A DNA stretch of 64,000 bases from NCBI GenBank assembly GCA_032128875.1, contig JAVLKG010000001.1, forward strand, positions 32,001 to 96,000. Direction: 5' to 3'. The DNA comes from Candidatus Melainabacteria bacterium 17Bon1m (lineage in GTDB: Bacteria > Cyanobacteriota > Vampirovibrionia > Obscuribacterales > Obscuribacteraceae). The notes under the pieces are model-generated. The model did not search any database, was not told the DNA's origin, and saw only the letters and a program-made list of their open reading frames with translations. The translations under genes were made by a program, and so were the position numbers. Below are positions 9,843 through 18,767 of this stretch, one piece after another (positions within the stretch are counted from its first letter, which is position 1; every line of letters begins with the position of its first letter).

Positions 9843-11579
9843 CTACCTCTGGGAGGCACCAGAAATCTTCTGTTTCAGAAGTTCGACTGCATTCTGGAGT
9901 TGAATGTCTTCATTCTTGCCGGAAGAGCGCTCGACCAGCTCGACGATGCCGTCTTTGAGCCTCTTTCCAATATTGATTCGCAGCGGAACCCCAATCAAAT
10001 CGTTGTCGGCAAACTTGAATCCCGGTCGCTCAGCGCGGTCGTCAAGCAAAACGTCGATTCCGCAAGACGTCAGGTCTTTATACAGCTTCTCGCCTGCGGC
10101 AAGAGCTTCTTCGTCTGCGCCATTGATGACGTTGACGATGACATCATAAGGAGCCAGGGCTTGCGACCAGACAATTCCCTTTTTGTCGTGGCTGCCTTCC
10201 ACTGCTGCTGCAAGCATGCGCTCCACGCCTATGCCATAACTTCCCATTACTATCGGTACTTTTTCGCCGGAAGAAACAAGCACGCTCGCGTCCATAGTTG
10301 TCGAATAGCGTGTACCAAGTTTGAAGATGTGACCGATCTCCAGCGATTTCTCGACTGCTAAAGTGCCACCACATTTGATGCAGGCATCGCCCGTCTTTAC
10401 GCTGCGAAAATCGCTCCAAGCTGTCGCCTCGATATCTCGCTCGATGTCCACGCCTTTGTAGTGGAAATCGTCATGGTTGGCTCCTGTCACCATATTAGAG
10501 CGACCTTTGAGAGCGCAATCAAGAAATATCTTTGTGATTTTGCCTTTCGCTGATGACGGTTTTACACCCACTCCTCCGAGCGAGCCGGCGTGTGCGCCCA
10601 TGGCGCTGAAAATCTCCTGCTCTTCTGCTGCGCGAACAGTTTGCGCACCCAAGAAATCCATGAGTTTGGTCGTGTTGAGCTCGTGGTCTCCACGCAGGAG
10701 CACAAGAACCAACTGATCGTCGGCAGAATAGACAAGTGTTTTGATCTGATTCTTCGCTGCTCCTATTTCTGCAAAGTTTGCTAGTTGCTCTACTGTTCTC
10801 AAACCCGGAGTCGGAAATTTTTCGAGTTGTGATTTCCCATTGCCAAAATCGTATTTGTCGAAAGCCGCAACTGCTTTCTCTACGTTCGCCGCGTAACCAC
10901 ACTCTTTGCACAGGACGACCATGTCTTCGCCTGCTTCGGTGAGCACCATAAACTCTGTCGAAGCACTTCCGCCCATTGCGCCAGAGCTTGCTTCGACTGC
11001 GACGAATTGCAAGCCGGCACGTCTGAATATCTTTTCGTATGCGGCTTTGTGCAGATCGAAACTTTTATCAAGTCCTGCGGAATCCACATCAAATGAATAC
11101 GAATCTTTCATTGTGAACTCACGCACTCTGAGCAAACCTGATTTCGGACGCAATTCATCGCGAAATTTTGTTTGAAATTGATACCAAATCTGCGGGAGTT
11201 GGCGGTAGGAGTTGAGAGCGTTTCGCGCGATTGAAGTAAAGACTTCTTCGTGCGTCACGCCTAGCACATGGTCAGAACCTTTGCGATCTTTGAGGCGAAA
11301 CATGATATCGCCCATAGTGCCCAGTCTTCCCGATTCTTCCCACAGTTCGGTCGGGTGCAGTGCCGGCAGAACAAACTCTTGTCCGCCAATGGCATTCATC
11401 TCTTCTCTTATGATATTTATGATCTTGAGACGTACCCTTTGGGCAAGCGGAAGCAGGCTATAGATGCCAGAACCCAGCGGGCGAATGTAACCTGCGCGCA
11501 TGAGTAATTTGTGGCTGGCTGTTTCAGCTGCAGCCGGATCTTCTTTCAACGTCGGAATGAAAAGCTGTGACCATCGCAT
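9843..11579 (-). CDS. proS: Proline--tRNA ligase, bacterial type with INS editing domain
   Basis: MRWSQLF start, QTKFRDELRPKSGLLRVREFTMKDSYSF, GHIFKLG, MGSYGIGVER. Confidence 0.98.
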   Translation of the reverse strand: MRWSQLFIPTLKEDPAAAETASHKLLMRAGYIRPLGSGIYSLLPLAQRVRLKIINIIREEMNAIGGQEFVLPALHPTELWEESGRLGTMGDIMFRLKDRKGSDHVLGVTHEEVFTSIARNALNSYRQLPQIWYQFQTKFRDELRPKSGLLRVREFTMKDSYSFDVDSAGLDKSFDLHKAAYEKIFRRAGLQFVAVEASSGAMGGSASTEFMVLTEAGEDMVVLCKECGYAANVEKAVAAFDKYDFGNGKSQLEKFPTPGLRTVEQLANFAEIGAAKNQIKTLVYSADDQLVLVLLRGDHELNTTKLMDFLGAQTVRAAEEQEIFSAMGAHAGSLGGVGVKPSSAKGKITKIFLDCALKGRSNMVTGANHDDFHYKGVDIERDIEATAWSDFRSVKTGDACIKCGGTLAVEKSLEIGHIFKLGTRYSTTMDASVLVSSGEKVPIVMGSYGIGVERMLAAAVEGSHDKKGIVWSQALAPYDVIVNVINGADEEALAAGEKLYKDLTSCGIDVLLDDRAERPGFKFADNDLIGVPLRINIGKRLKDGIVELVERSSGKNEDIQLQNAVELLKQKISGASQR

Positions 11580-11625
11580 AATGTGTGACCTCTGCGCGAA
11601 TTAGTTATTGGAAAAATGGTTCTGC

Positions 11626-11664
11626 AAAAGCGACCTCGTATCTCACGAGATCGAGCCTTGTCGC
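11626..11664 (-). terminator. Candidate attenuator terminator in the proS leader
   Basis: Minus-strand GCGAC-aagg-CTCG-ATCTC-gt-GAGAT-a-CGAG-GTCGC followed by TTTT. Confidence 0.55.
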
Positions 11665-11679
11665 ATCGGAACGCAAAGA

Positions 11680-11739
11680 CTAACCCGTGGTGCGAGGTCG
11701 CGGGCTAGGGGGTGGTCCGAATGTGACATGTGTATGCAT
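11680..11739 (-). CDS. Putative proline-rich leader peptide of proS (MHTHVTFGPPPSPRPRTTG)
   Basis: ATG at 11739, TAG at 11682-11680; five Pro codons (CCA CCC CCT, CCG, CCT) within seven codons, 100 nt upstream of proS. Confidence 0.65.
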   Translation of the reverse strand: MHTHVTFGPPPSPRPRTTG

Positions 11740-11745
11740 ACGTTC

Positions 11746-11774
11746 AGTTTTGACGACAGAAAAACTTCTGTCAA
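11746..11774 (-). promoter_or_regulatory. Sigma70-like promoter of the proS leader
   Basis: Perfect TTGACA (11774-11769), 17-bp spacer, weak -10 AAAACT (11751-11746), then 6 nt to the leader ATG. Confidence 0.5.
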
Positions 11775-11845
11775 TACTTTTTCGCCGTCTGCAAACGGTA
11801 GTTGTTACAAACCAATTCCGATTCCGAGCCGACCGCAAATCCAAA

Positions 11846-13030
11846 TTAGCGCATTGCATTGTCGAGATCGCGAATGGTGTAGTCGAGATCCTTTAGCTCG
11901 CGGTACGAGCTGTCGAGTTTGCTTTCGAGCGAACCAGCTGCGCTTGCAGCTTCGGAAGTGTTGTCGCGTTTCAATTCAGCGATACGCCGTTTTAAATCCT
12001 CGGCGTCTCGCGCTATAGCTTCATATTTAGCTTCTGCATTTGTCCTTTGAACTTTCAGCGTGTTGTATGTCTCCGGACTCAAGTTACTGGCTTCGGCCGA
12101 CTGCGAAGCGACGCTAGCCACTACCAGCGTCGTGGCTACAACTGCTATGTATGTTTGCAGCACTTCCTTAAAGCGCTTGCTGAATTTCGTTGGAGTCAGT
12201 CCGGCCAGACGCGCTTTCAGTGCATCGAGAATTGCGTGCCAGCCAGCCATCACCTCTGCCATCGCTTCTGTGGGCAGTTGGCTGTGAGTCAAAACGAGTG
12301 TTGTCTGATCGCCGACCGACGTGACTTGCATGGAGACTTGGGTGGCTTTGTCGCTCCCGGGCTCTCCCCATGAGTATGCCAAAGCACGCAGCGGATCAAT
12401 GAAGGTGACAGTGCCTTCGACGCTTTCGAACTTTCTGTCGCTTTCAACGTCGCTATTGTCGAATTGAAGTTTTACCTTGCCGCCGAACCGTTGGTCGATA
12501 CTTCCTTCGCCAAGCCATTCAGGCAGACATTCTGAGGACGTAAGATACTGCCAGACCTTCTCTATTGGAGCGGGTAGCACTCTCTCGAATCGGCATGTCG
12601 ACTCATCAATGATTTTACCGAGCTCGTTGATCATTGGAGCCGTCGACCCAATGAGCTTGGGCTCGTCTTTCGGCGGAGCAATAACAGTGACCTTGGTCGT
12701 TCCTGCTTCGTGTTTTGCTGTTGCCAAAAGTTGTTGTGCTTCCGCCAGCTCTGAGGCGTTTTTCGACAATAGTTTGTGTGCTTCTGCGATTTGCTGGGCG
12801 CTGTCGATCATGAGTTTGTGCGCGAACTCGCTCGTGTCCTTCATCTCTTGTATGTCTTTGCCCATCGTGACCATCGAGCCTTCGAGCGCGCTGACGCGTT
12901 CTAGCATATTGGCGTCGATTGCCGATTCTCCTTTCCCCTTTTTGTTTTCTATGTAAGCCATCAGCGGTTTTTTCATCACGATGGCAATCCAAAACAGCCA
13001 AAAGCCACCGACAGCAAGAATGCCTTCCAT
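11846..13030 (-). CDS. Membrane-anchored SRPBCC (AHSA1/START-like) domain protein with coiled coils
   Basis: RFERVLPAPIEKVWQYLT...W, TTLVLTH, GWHAILDAL; N-terminal TM. Confidence 0.85.
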   Translation of the reverse strand: MEGILAVGGFWLFWIAIVMKKPLMAYIENKKGKGESAIDANMLERVSALEGSMVTMGKDIQEMKDTSEFAHKLMIDSAQQIAEAHKLLSKNASELAEAQQLLATAKHEAGTTKVTVIAPPKDEPKLIGSTAPMINELGKIIDESTCRFERVLPAPIEKVWQYLTSSECLPEWLGEGSIDQRFGGKVKLQFDNSDVESDRKFESVEGTVTFIDPLRALAYSWGEPGSDKATQVSMQVTSVGDQTTLVLTHSQLPTEAMAEVMAGWHAILDALKARLAGLTPTKFSKRFKEVLQTYIAVVATTLVVASVASQSAEASNLSPETYNTLKVQRTNAEAKYEAIARDAEDLKRRIAELKRDNTSEAASAAGSLESKLDSSYRELKDLDYTIRDLDNAMR

Positions 13031-13217
13031 GGTTTGTCCTCGACGGAAAGATGAGATAGACCTTCTTCAGTATATGTATGGGTGCGTGATTGAAAAGTGA
13101 AGTCTTGTACTTTGTAACGCGGCAGGAGTGGGAGAAACCACACTTACCGGAGGCAGGCGTTTCCAGGCAAAAACCGGAAAGTTCCGCAGTGACTGCCAAA
13201 GAGCCGGGCGTGGTTGC

Positions 13218-13256
13218 AAAAAAGGAAAGCCCCGCAATCACTTGCGGGGCTTCCTT
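13218..13256 (-). terminator. Intrinsic terminator of the MBOAT operon
   Basis: AAGCCCCGCAA-tcac-TTGCGGGGCTT with an A6 run on the plus strand (U-tract on minus). Confidence 0.8.
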
Positions 13257-13319
13257 CCAAACCAGGCACATCGACCGCCAAAACGATTGAAGTGACCTGA
13301 GACCTTAAACTCTATTCAC

Positions 13320-14648
13320 CTATCTCCAGTGATTGTCGACTGCGCTGGTTTGCACGTTAGTGCGCAGTTCGGCTGGAACTTGCTGCGGAAGTGCGGCAGC
13401 CGAAAGTTGGGGAGACGAGCTGATTTTTGCAGCGATGATTTTGAACAACCTCGTGCCGCCAGAGGCATTGAGGTGAACGGTATCAAGATAGTCGGTGATG
13501 ATGAATCTGAAATCGTCCGACAAGTCTATGTAATCAGCACCATATTTAGTGCAGGTTGAGCTGAGGTATGTTTTGAAATCGTGCCAAAACGTGTCAGGAA
13601 GAATCGAGCGATTTGGATACGTGGCCGGCATATTCACGACCAGGACTTTGATGTTTTCCTCTTTGAGCTTTGCAAGAAACGCATTGAAGAATTTCTTCTC
13701 TCGCGGGAAAAGTGCTGTCTTTGGATTTTTGTAGCGATTTAGATATTCAGGCATGTTGTCCTGAAAGCCGTAGGGCATCGGATACGGAATCAGCCATTCG
13801 CCTTTGCGAATATCTTTCCCTCCACCCAAGAAAACCTGCATCACAGAACGTTTTACATTCAAGTGAGAAACCAACGTTCGCGGATGCTCACCAGGCTTTT
13901 GCCCAATTCTGGAAATCTGACTGGCGATTTCCGCTAGTTTTGCGTTCATCCGTTTGAGGGGGACATACTGATGGAAAGTCCAATCTAAGTAAGCAAACGG
14001 GTCCGAAAATGAGGCTTTGGCTAAATTACCGAGGCTGACATAGCGCGAGAAAAATTGAAAAGGCTCAGTGTCAGCCGGTGCGGTGACAGTGTTGTCGATG
14101 AAATCGCGCGGGTTGACGCCGATGATGACTAGCTGTGGTTTGTTGTCTGGCTTGAAAAGTGCGCTGGACATCAAGTAAGCATCAGACGCCATAGAGCCTG
14201 GAATTGAGGCGTTGTAGACTTCTGTTCTGCCACCGAGCTGTTGTTTGATGTCCTTTTCTAAAGTCGCTGCATGGCGGTCGACAACGCAGTCGCGGAAGTT
14301 TTTCGTTGTCTGTGTATCTGCTGAAAAAGTGGCTGACCCGATCAATGAACTGCCGAACATTACTACCGGGGGAGCTTTCTCCCGCATCAAATAATCTCGC
14401 GCCACCCAAAACGACCAGGTGCCTTCCTGGCTGGATTCTTCCGAACTCTTGCTCAGGGTTTCCTTGCTGAGTCCGCTTGTGCGCTCACTGAGCGCACCGA
14501 TTGCCATTAGATTGATAGCACCAAAGGCAACCAGGGCGGAGATAAAACCACAGGCAAAGAGCTTCTTCTTCGAAGAACTCTGCTTAGTGTTCTTCTGCGT
14601 GTCTTTCTCTTGAGTGCTTCTCAATTGCTCAGAGTTAGATTCAGTCAT
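13320..14648 (-). CDS. SGNH-like (DUF1574/DltD/AlgJ-like) periplasmic acyltransferase partner, copy 3
   Basis: N-terminal TM; VVMFGSS; GVNPRDF; DTVHLN. Confidence 0.75.
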   Translation of the reverse strand: MTESNSEQLRSTQEKDTQKNTKQSSSKKKLFACGFISALVAFGAINLMAIGALSERTSGLSKETLSKSSEESSQEGTWSFWVARDYLMREKAPPVVMFGSSLIGSATFSADTQTTKNFRDCVVDRHAATLEKDIKQQLGGRTEVYNASIPGSMASDAYLMSSALFKPDNKPQLVIIGVNPRDFIDNTVTAPADTEPFQFFSRYVSLGNLAKASFSDPFAYLDWTFHQYVPLKRMNAKLAEIASQISRIGQKPGEHPRTLVSHLNVKRSVMQVFLGGGKDIRKGEWLIPYPMPYGFQDNMPEYLNRYKNPKTALFPREKKFFNAFLAKLKEENIKVLVVNMPATYPNRSILPDTFWHDFKTYLSSTCTKYGADYIDLSDDFRFIITDYLDTVHLNASGGTRLFKIIAAKISSSPQLSAAALPQQVPAELRTNVQTSAVDNHWR

Positions 14649-14666
14649 GGGATTTTTTCACTTCCA

Positions 14667-16046
14667 TTACTGAACGTGATTCGGCTTGGAATTGGCTACG
14701 GCTTGATGACGTTCCAGATCTTGGCCTGAAAGTGCAAACGCCTGGCGTGTGCGACCCGACAGCGAAATAATATTGACGAGCTGATCGAAGAACTTCTTGC
14801 CGCCGTACGCGTTCAGGTGAACGGAATCATGGAAGTCTTGCTGTGAATAATTGGATGGTGTGCACATATCGTAGAAGGCGATGTTGTTCTTCATTGAAAA
14901 AATGTGCAGGTCGCCCAGGAATTGAAGGTAGCGCTTAGGTCCAAGCAAATTGATGTTGAAGCTTGTGATCGGCATGTTGACGAGGACAAGCTCGATGCGT
15001 TCTTTCTTGCAGAATTTAGCGATTTCTTGCAAGAAGTAAAACTGCGAGCGATAGACATATTTGTCCGGATGTTTGTAGCGCTCGACGTATTCGGGCGCAT
15101 TGTTGATCCAGCGTTTGCGTGCCTCTGCTTCGCTAATTGGTCCGGTCATTACTGCCTGCGGGCGAATCTCGCCGGGCAGGTAGCTGGGCAAAAGTTTGAT
15201 GCGGTTCCACCACGTGAATGGATGATCTGTCTTGGGGCAAGCCACCAGCTTGTTTACCACGTTTTCCGAGCCTTCCTTGAACTTCAACTGGAAGTCGGCC
15301 GCGTGCTCGCTTATGTAAAACGTGCGGTTGATGAACCACTCTAATCTTGTGTAAGGCGTTCTAAACACATTGGCTGCGACATCATCGATGTTAACGATGC
15401 GGCGCAGGAAGCGAAAAGTCTCAGTATCAGCGGCGCTGGACATTGTGCTGTCGATAAAATCTCGAGGCGCGACACCGTATACAACCACGTCTGGGCGGTT
15501 TGATGTGGCAACCATCGCCTTCAGTGTCATGTATGCGTCAGATGGCATTTGACCCGGGATAGATAAATTCAAGCAATTGAACGTGCCACCGAATCTGGTG
15601 ACGAGGTTGTCCGACAGATACTTGGCTTTGTGATATTGCGAGAGGTCGAGCGTCTTATTCAAGTAGTTGGCATCTACGCCTGCTACTGCGCTAACCATCA
15701 GCGACGAGCCCAAAAGCGCCACGTTGTGAACGTGCGAAGACTTCTTCATGTCGTTGAATCCCCACCATGTCCAACCTCTGTAGAGGTAGTCGTAGGGATC
15801 AAATTCGATCGGATTGTAGAATGACAGTGCGAAGTTGCCCAGGCAGAAAAGCAGCAGCGCCCAGGTCGTCGCTGCCCGCATGCCGCTTGCGCGGGGCTTT
15901 TCTGGAGGAAGCTTGTCGGTGGCGCGACGGCGGAACATGGTTTGATTTTCGCCGCCCATTCTTTCGTCTTGAACTACGCGTTTGAATGCTTCAGCAGAAC
16001 CCTGAGTATCCAGATTCTCTTTAGTGTCGTGAGGAGCAGCGGTCAT
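14667..16046 (-). CDS. SGNH-like (DUF1574/DltD/AlgJ-like) periplasmic acyltransferase partner, copy 2
   Basis: TM; VALLGSS; GVAPRDF; DSVHLN. Confidence 0.75.
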   Translation of the reverse strand: MTAAPHDTKENLDTQGSAEAFKRVVQDERMGGENQTMFRRRATDKLPPEKPRASGMRAATTWALLLFCLGNFALSFYNPIEFDPYDYLYRGWTWWGFNDMKKSSHVHNVALLGSSLMVSAVAGVDANYLNKTLDLSQYHKAKYLSDNLVTRFGGTFNCLNLSIPGQMPSDAYMTLKAMVATSNRPDVVVYGVAPRDFIDSTMSSAADTETFRFLRRIVNIDDVAANVFRTPYTRLEWFINRTFYISEHAADFQLKFKEGSENVVNKLVACPKTDHPFTWWNRIKLLPSYLPGEIRPQAVMTGPISEAEARKRWINNAPEYVERYKHPDKYVYRSQFYFLQEIAKFCKKERIELVLVNMPITSFNINLLGPKRYLQFLGDLHIFSMKNNIAFYDMCTPSNYSQQDFHDSVHLNAYGGKKFFDQLVNIISLSGRTRQAFALSGQDLERHQAVANSKPNHVQ

Positions 16047-17305
16047 AGCTGTCCTCCCTTCAGTCCTGCGATGTGACTGTTTGTCGGATCTAGTGCAGAC
16101 AGAACGCGTCTGTCTGTGGCTGCGCGTTCGGCAATGATATCCAGCAGTTTCATGCCGCCGCCGGAATGCAGGTGGACTGTATCCATAAAGTCATTGAGTG
16201 CAAATTGCTTGGAATCGCCAAGATCGATGAATGTCGCATCTTTTGATTGAGCCAGAACCTTCAGGCATTTCTTGTAAGAATCCCATGTGCCTTTCTCCAG
16301 CAAGTCGCGATTGATGTCTGTAATCGGCATCGAAATGAGAATTACTTGCGTGCCACGTTCGCGCGCAGTGTTCATCAAGTCGGCGAGAAACTTCATTTGA
16401 TGGCAGTACGTGCGCCAGTTAAGGTGTGCGTAGCGCTTCTTATATTCATTCAAGTTGGCGTTATCGAATGTCCGAGTCTCGGGCGTTGTTGGACGGAAAA
16501 ATGCTTCGTTGGCGGCAATTTCCGTTTGCTTGTAAGACGGAAAGAGCCGTCTGCGATCGCTGATGGTGAATGGTTTATCTGTTTGCGGCTTTGGCAAAAA
16601 CTCATTAATCGCCGCGGTAACAGCGCGCTCTGCGGACACGCTCATGTCTAACTTGTGTCCGTAAGGATAAACAAGTTGAGCCAGCTCGAAATTGAGCCTT
16701 TGATCCCACTCAGGCGCAATCAGATGTCTGTGCGATGTAACATCGCCGAATCTACTTAAGCATTGATACGGATCGGTGGCGGCAGGGCTTGGCAGCAAGC
16801 TATCCATAAAATCACGAGGACCGACTCCATATACGATCACATCGGGTCGCTTCTCTCCTTTGAGGAGAAACTTCGTGATGAGGAACGCGTCAGATGGCAT
16901 CTCTCCAGGCAATCCGAAGTTGAAAGTTTTCACTTTCTGCCCGGTTTTTTGCTGGAATTGATCTTCGAAATACTGAGAGTTGTGGTGACGTGAGCCGTCG
17001 ATTGGACGATTCAAATAGTCCGCATCCACTCCGGCAACCGGAACCAACATGAGCGAGGAGCCCATGAATACAAACTGCGGGCGACCTTGTTTGTCTGAGA
17101 GAAATTCGTCCACAGCCCAACCTGTCCAAGTCTTAATTGGATAGTCGGTGGGCGCAATGTTTCCGAGTTTGGTCATCGCCAGAAGCGATGAGACCGCTGC
17201 GAAAAGCGCTACAGATATGAAGAATTTACTTCTCAAGATTCCCATTAAACCATTCCGTTTGCCTTTGCCCGGCTGTGTCCTAAGCGATGCTGTAGAACTC
17301 AACAC
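16043..17305 (-). CDS. SGNH-like (DUF1574/DltD/AlgJ-like) periplasmic acyltransferase partner, copy 1
   Basis: TM; FVFMGSS; GVGPRDF; DTVHLH. Confidence 0.75.
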   Translation of the reverse strand: MLSSTASLRTQPGKGKRNGLMGILRSKFFISVALFAAVSSLLAMTKLGNIAPTDYPIKTWTGWAVDEFLSDKQGRPQFVFMGSSLMLVPVAGVDADYLNRPIDGSRHHNSQYFEDQFQQKTGQKVKTFNFGLPGEMPSDAFLITKFLLKGEKRPDVIVYGVGPRDFMDSLLPSPAATDPYQCLSRFGDVTSHRHLIAPEWDQRLNFELAQLVYPYGHKLDMSVSAERAVTAAINEFLPKPQTDKPFTISDRRRLFPSYKQTEIAANEAFFRPTTPETRTFDNANLNEYKKRYAHLNWRTYCHQMKFLADLMNTARERGTQVILISMPITDINRDLLEKGTWDSYKKCLKVLAQSKDATFIDLGDSKQFALNDFMDTVHLHSGGGMKLLDIIAERAATDRRVLSALDPTNSHIAGLKGGQL

Positions 17306-17309
17306 GTTC

Positions 17310-18767
17310 TTAGAATTGGAAATAGATGAATCTGGGCGAGCTGTCCGGTGTAAAGATTGTGAGCAAGCACATCAATGCCACCATGACAGTGACTTGCACT
17401 GCCCAGGGAGGGCTTTGGTAGAACTTCTTGTCGTTCAACCAGTTGATGACGAATGTCGAAACCATGAGTACCGGCAAGATAAGCACCAGAGCCGGGAAGA
17501 TGATCGGATCTCTGATTTGCAATATCGCCAATTGCGATGCACTGAAGTTGAGCAGTGCAGTCGGGGCTTCGAACAATTTGCTGAGGACTGCTCCGCAGAT
17601 CTTCATGTCGTCGGCGCGGAAGAAAACCCAGCCGATGCAAACGACGTGGAAAGTGAAGACCACTGACGCCCAGTGATAAACCTTCGATTTAAGAAGCTTT
17701 TCGTGGATGCCAATCTTTTGCATCACTGCTTCGTATTCACGGTGCAGGATGAGAACGATACCTTGATATGCGCCCCAGGCGAGGTAGTGGAAAGCGGCTC
17801 CGTGCCACAGTCCGCCCAGTGCCATGGTGATGATAAGGTTGCGATTGGTCAGCCATTTGCTTCCTCTAGAGCCGCCCAGCGGAATGAAGAGGTAATCGCG
17901 CAGCCAGGTTGAAAGGCTGATGTGCCAACGGCGCCAGAAGTCGGAAACGTTGGACGCAATATACGGCAAATTGAAGTTGATCGGTACTTTGTAGCCGAAG
18001 AGCAGGGACGAACCTCTGGCAATATCTGTATAGCCCGCAAAATCGAAGAAGATTTGGAAGGCGAACGCGTATGTGATCAACCACATATCTAAGGATGAGA
18101 ATTGTTCGGGGTGAGCAAATCCTGCTTGAACAACCAGCGCCAGGTTATCGGCGATAAGAACCTTTTTGGCTAAACCCATCAATATAAGCTGCATGCCTTC
18201 ATCGACATATTCCCATTTGAATTTGACGGGAATGTGCAACTGAGGCACGAAGTCTTGATAGCGCTTGATCGGTCCAGCAATCTGGGTTGGGAAGAATGAA
18301 GGGAACAGTGCAAAATCGAGGAAGTTTTTCACTACCGGCTTGCCACGGTAAACCTCGATTGCATAGTGAATGAATTCGAAAACGAAGAATGAAATACCGA
18401 GAGGAAGAATGATGTGCAGGTGGGGCTCTTTCCAATCAACGCCAACCACACCCAATGTTGCTTTGACCGCATCCATTGTGAAATAGGCATATTTGAAAAT
18501 CGCCAACACAATTAAGTTGAGTGCAACGGTGAAGCCGAGAATGACTTTCTTTCTCTTTTGCTCCGTCGCTTTCTCAATGAACGGAACGATAAGGAAGTTC
18601 GCCAACGTCAAGCCGAAAATCAGCAGACCATAGATTGGACGCCACGACATATAAAAGACGTAGCTAGCCACCAGTAGCAGTGGCACGCGGAATCTGTGGG
18701 GCGTCAACCAGAACAGAAGAAATACTGTTGGCAGAAACACCAGGTATTGCAGACTGTTGAATAGCAA
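17310..18767 (-). CDS. MBOAT family O-acyltransferase (AlgI/PatA/DltB-like)
   Basis: MLFNS start, PLGISFFVF, FPTQIAGPI, FWRRWHISLSTWLRDYL, GLWHGA, and terminal FIYFQF. Confidence 0.95.
   Translation of the reverse strand: MLFNSLQYLVFLPTVFLLFWLTPHRFRVPLLLVASYVFYMSWRPIYGLLIFGLTLANFLIVPFIEKATEQKRKKVILGFTVALNLIVLAIFKYAYFTMDAVKATLGVVGVDWKEPHLHIILPLGISFFVFEFIHYAIEVYRGKPVVKNFLDFALFPSFFPTQIAGPIKRYQDFVPQLHIPVKFKWEYVDEGMQLILMGLAKKVLIADNLALVVQAGFAHPEQFSSLDMWLITYAFAFQIFFDFAGYTDIARGSSLLFGYKVPINFNLPYIASNVSDFWRRWHISLSTWLRDYLFIPLGGSRGSKWLTNRNLIITMALGGLWHGAAFHYLAWGAYQGIVLILHREYEAVMQKIGIHEKLLKSKVYHWASVVFTFHVVCIGWVFFRADDMKICGAVLSKLFEAPTALLNFSASQLAILQIRDPIIFPALVLILPVLMVSTFVINWLNDKKFYQSPPWAVQVTVMVALMCLLTIFTPDSSPRFIYFQF

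Noticed and set aside
11580-11845. T-box riboswitch upstream of proS
   Set aside because: No GGTGGNACCGCG-like T-box sequence on the minus strand, and the leader is too short for a full stem I
12615-13290. ORFs 12615..13271 (-) and 13090..13290 (+)
   Set aside because: They overlap a real gene or run through a terminator, and the translations are not protein-like
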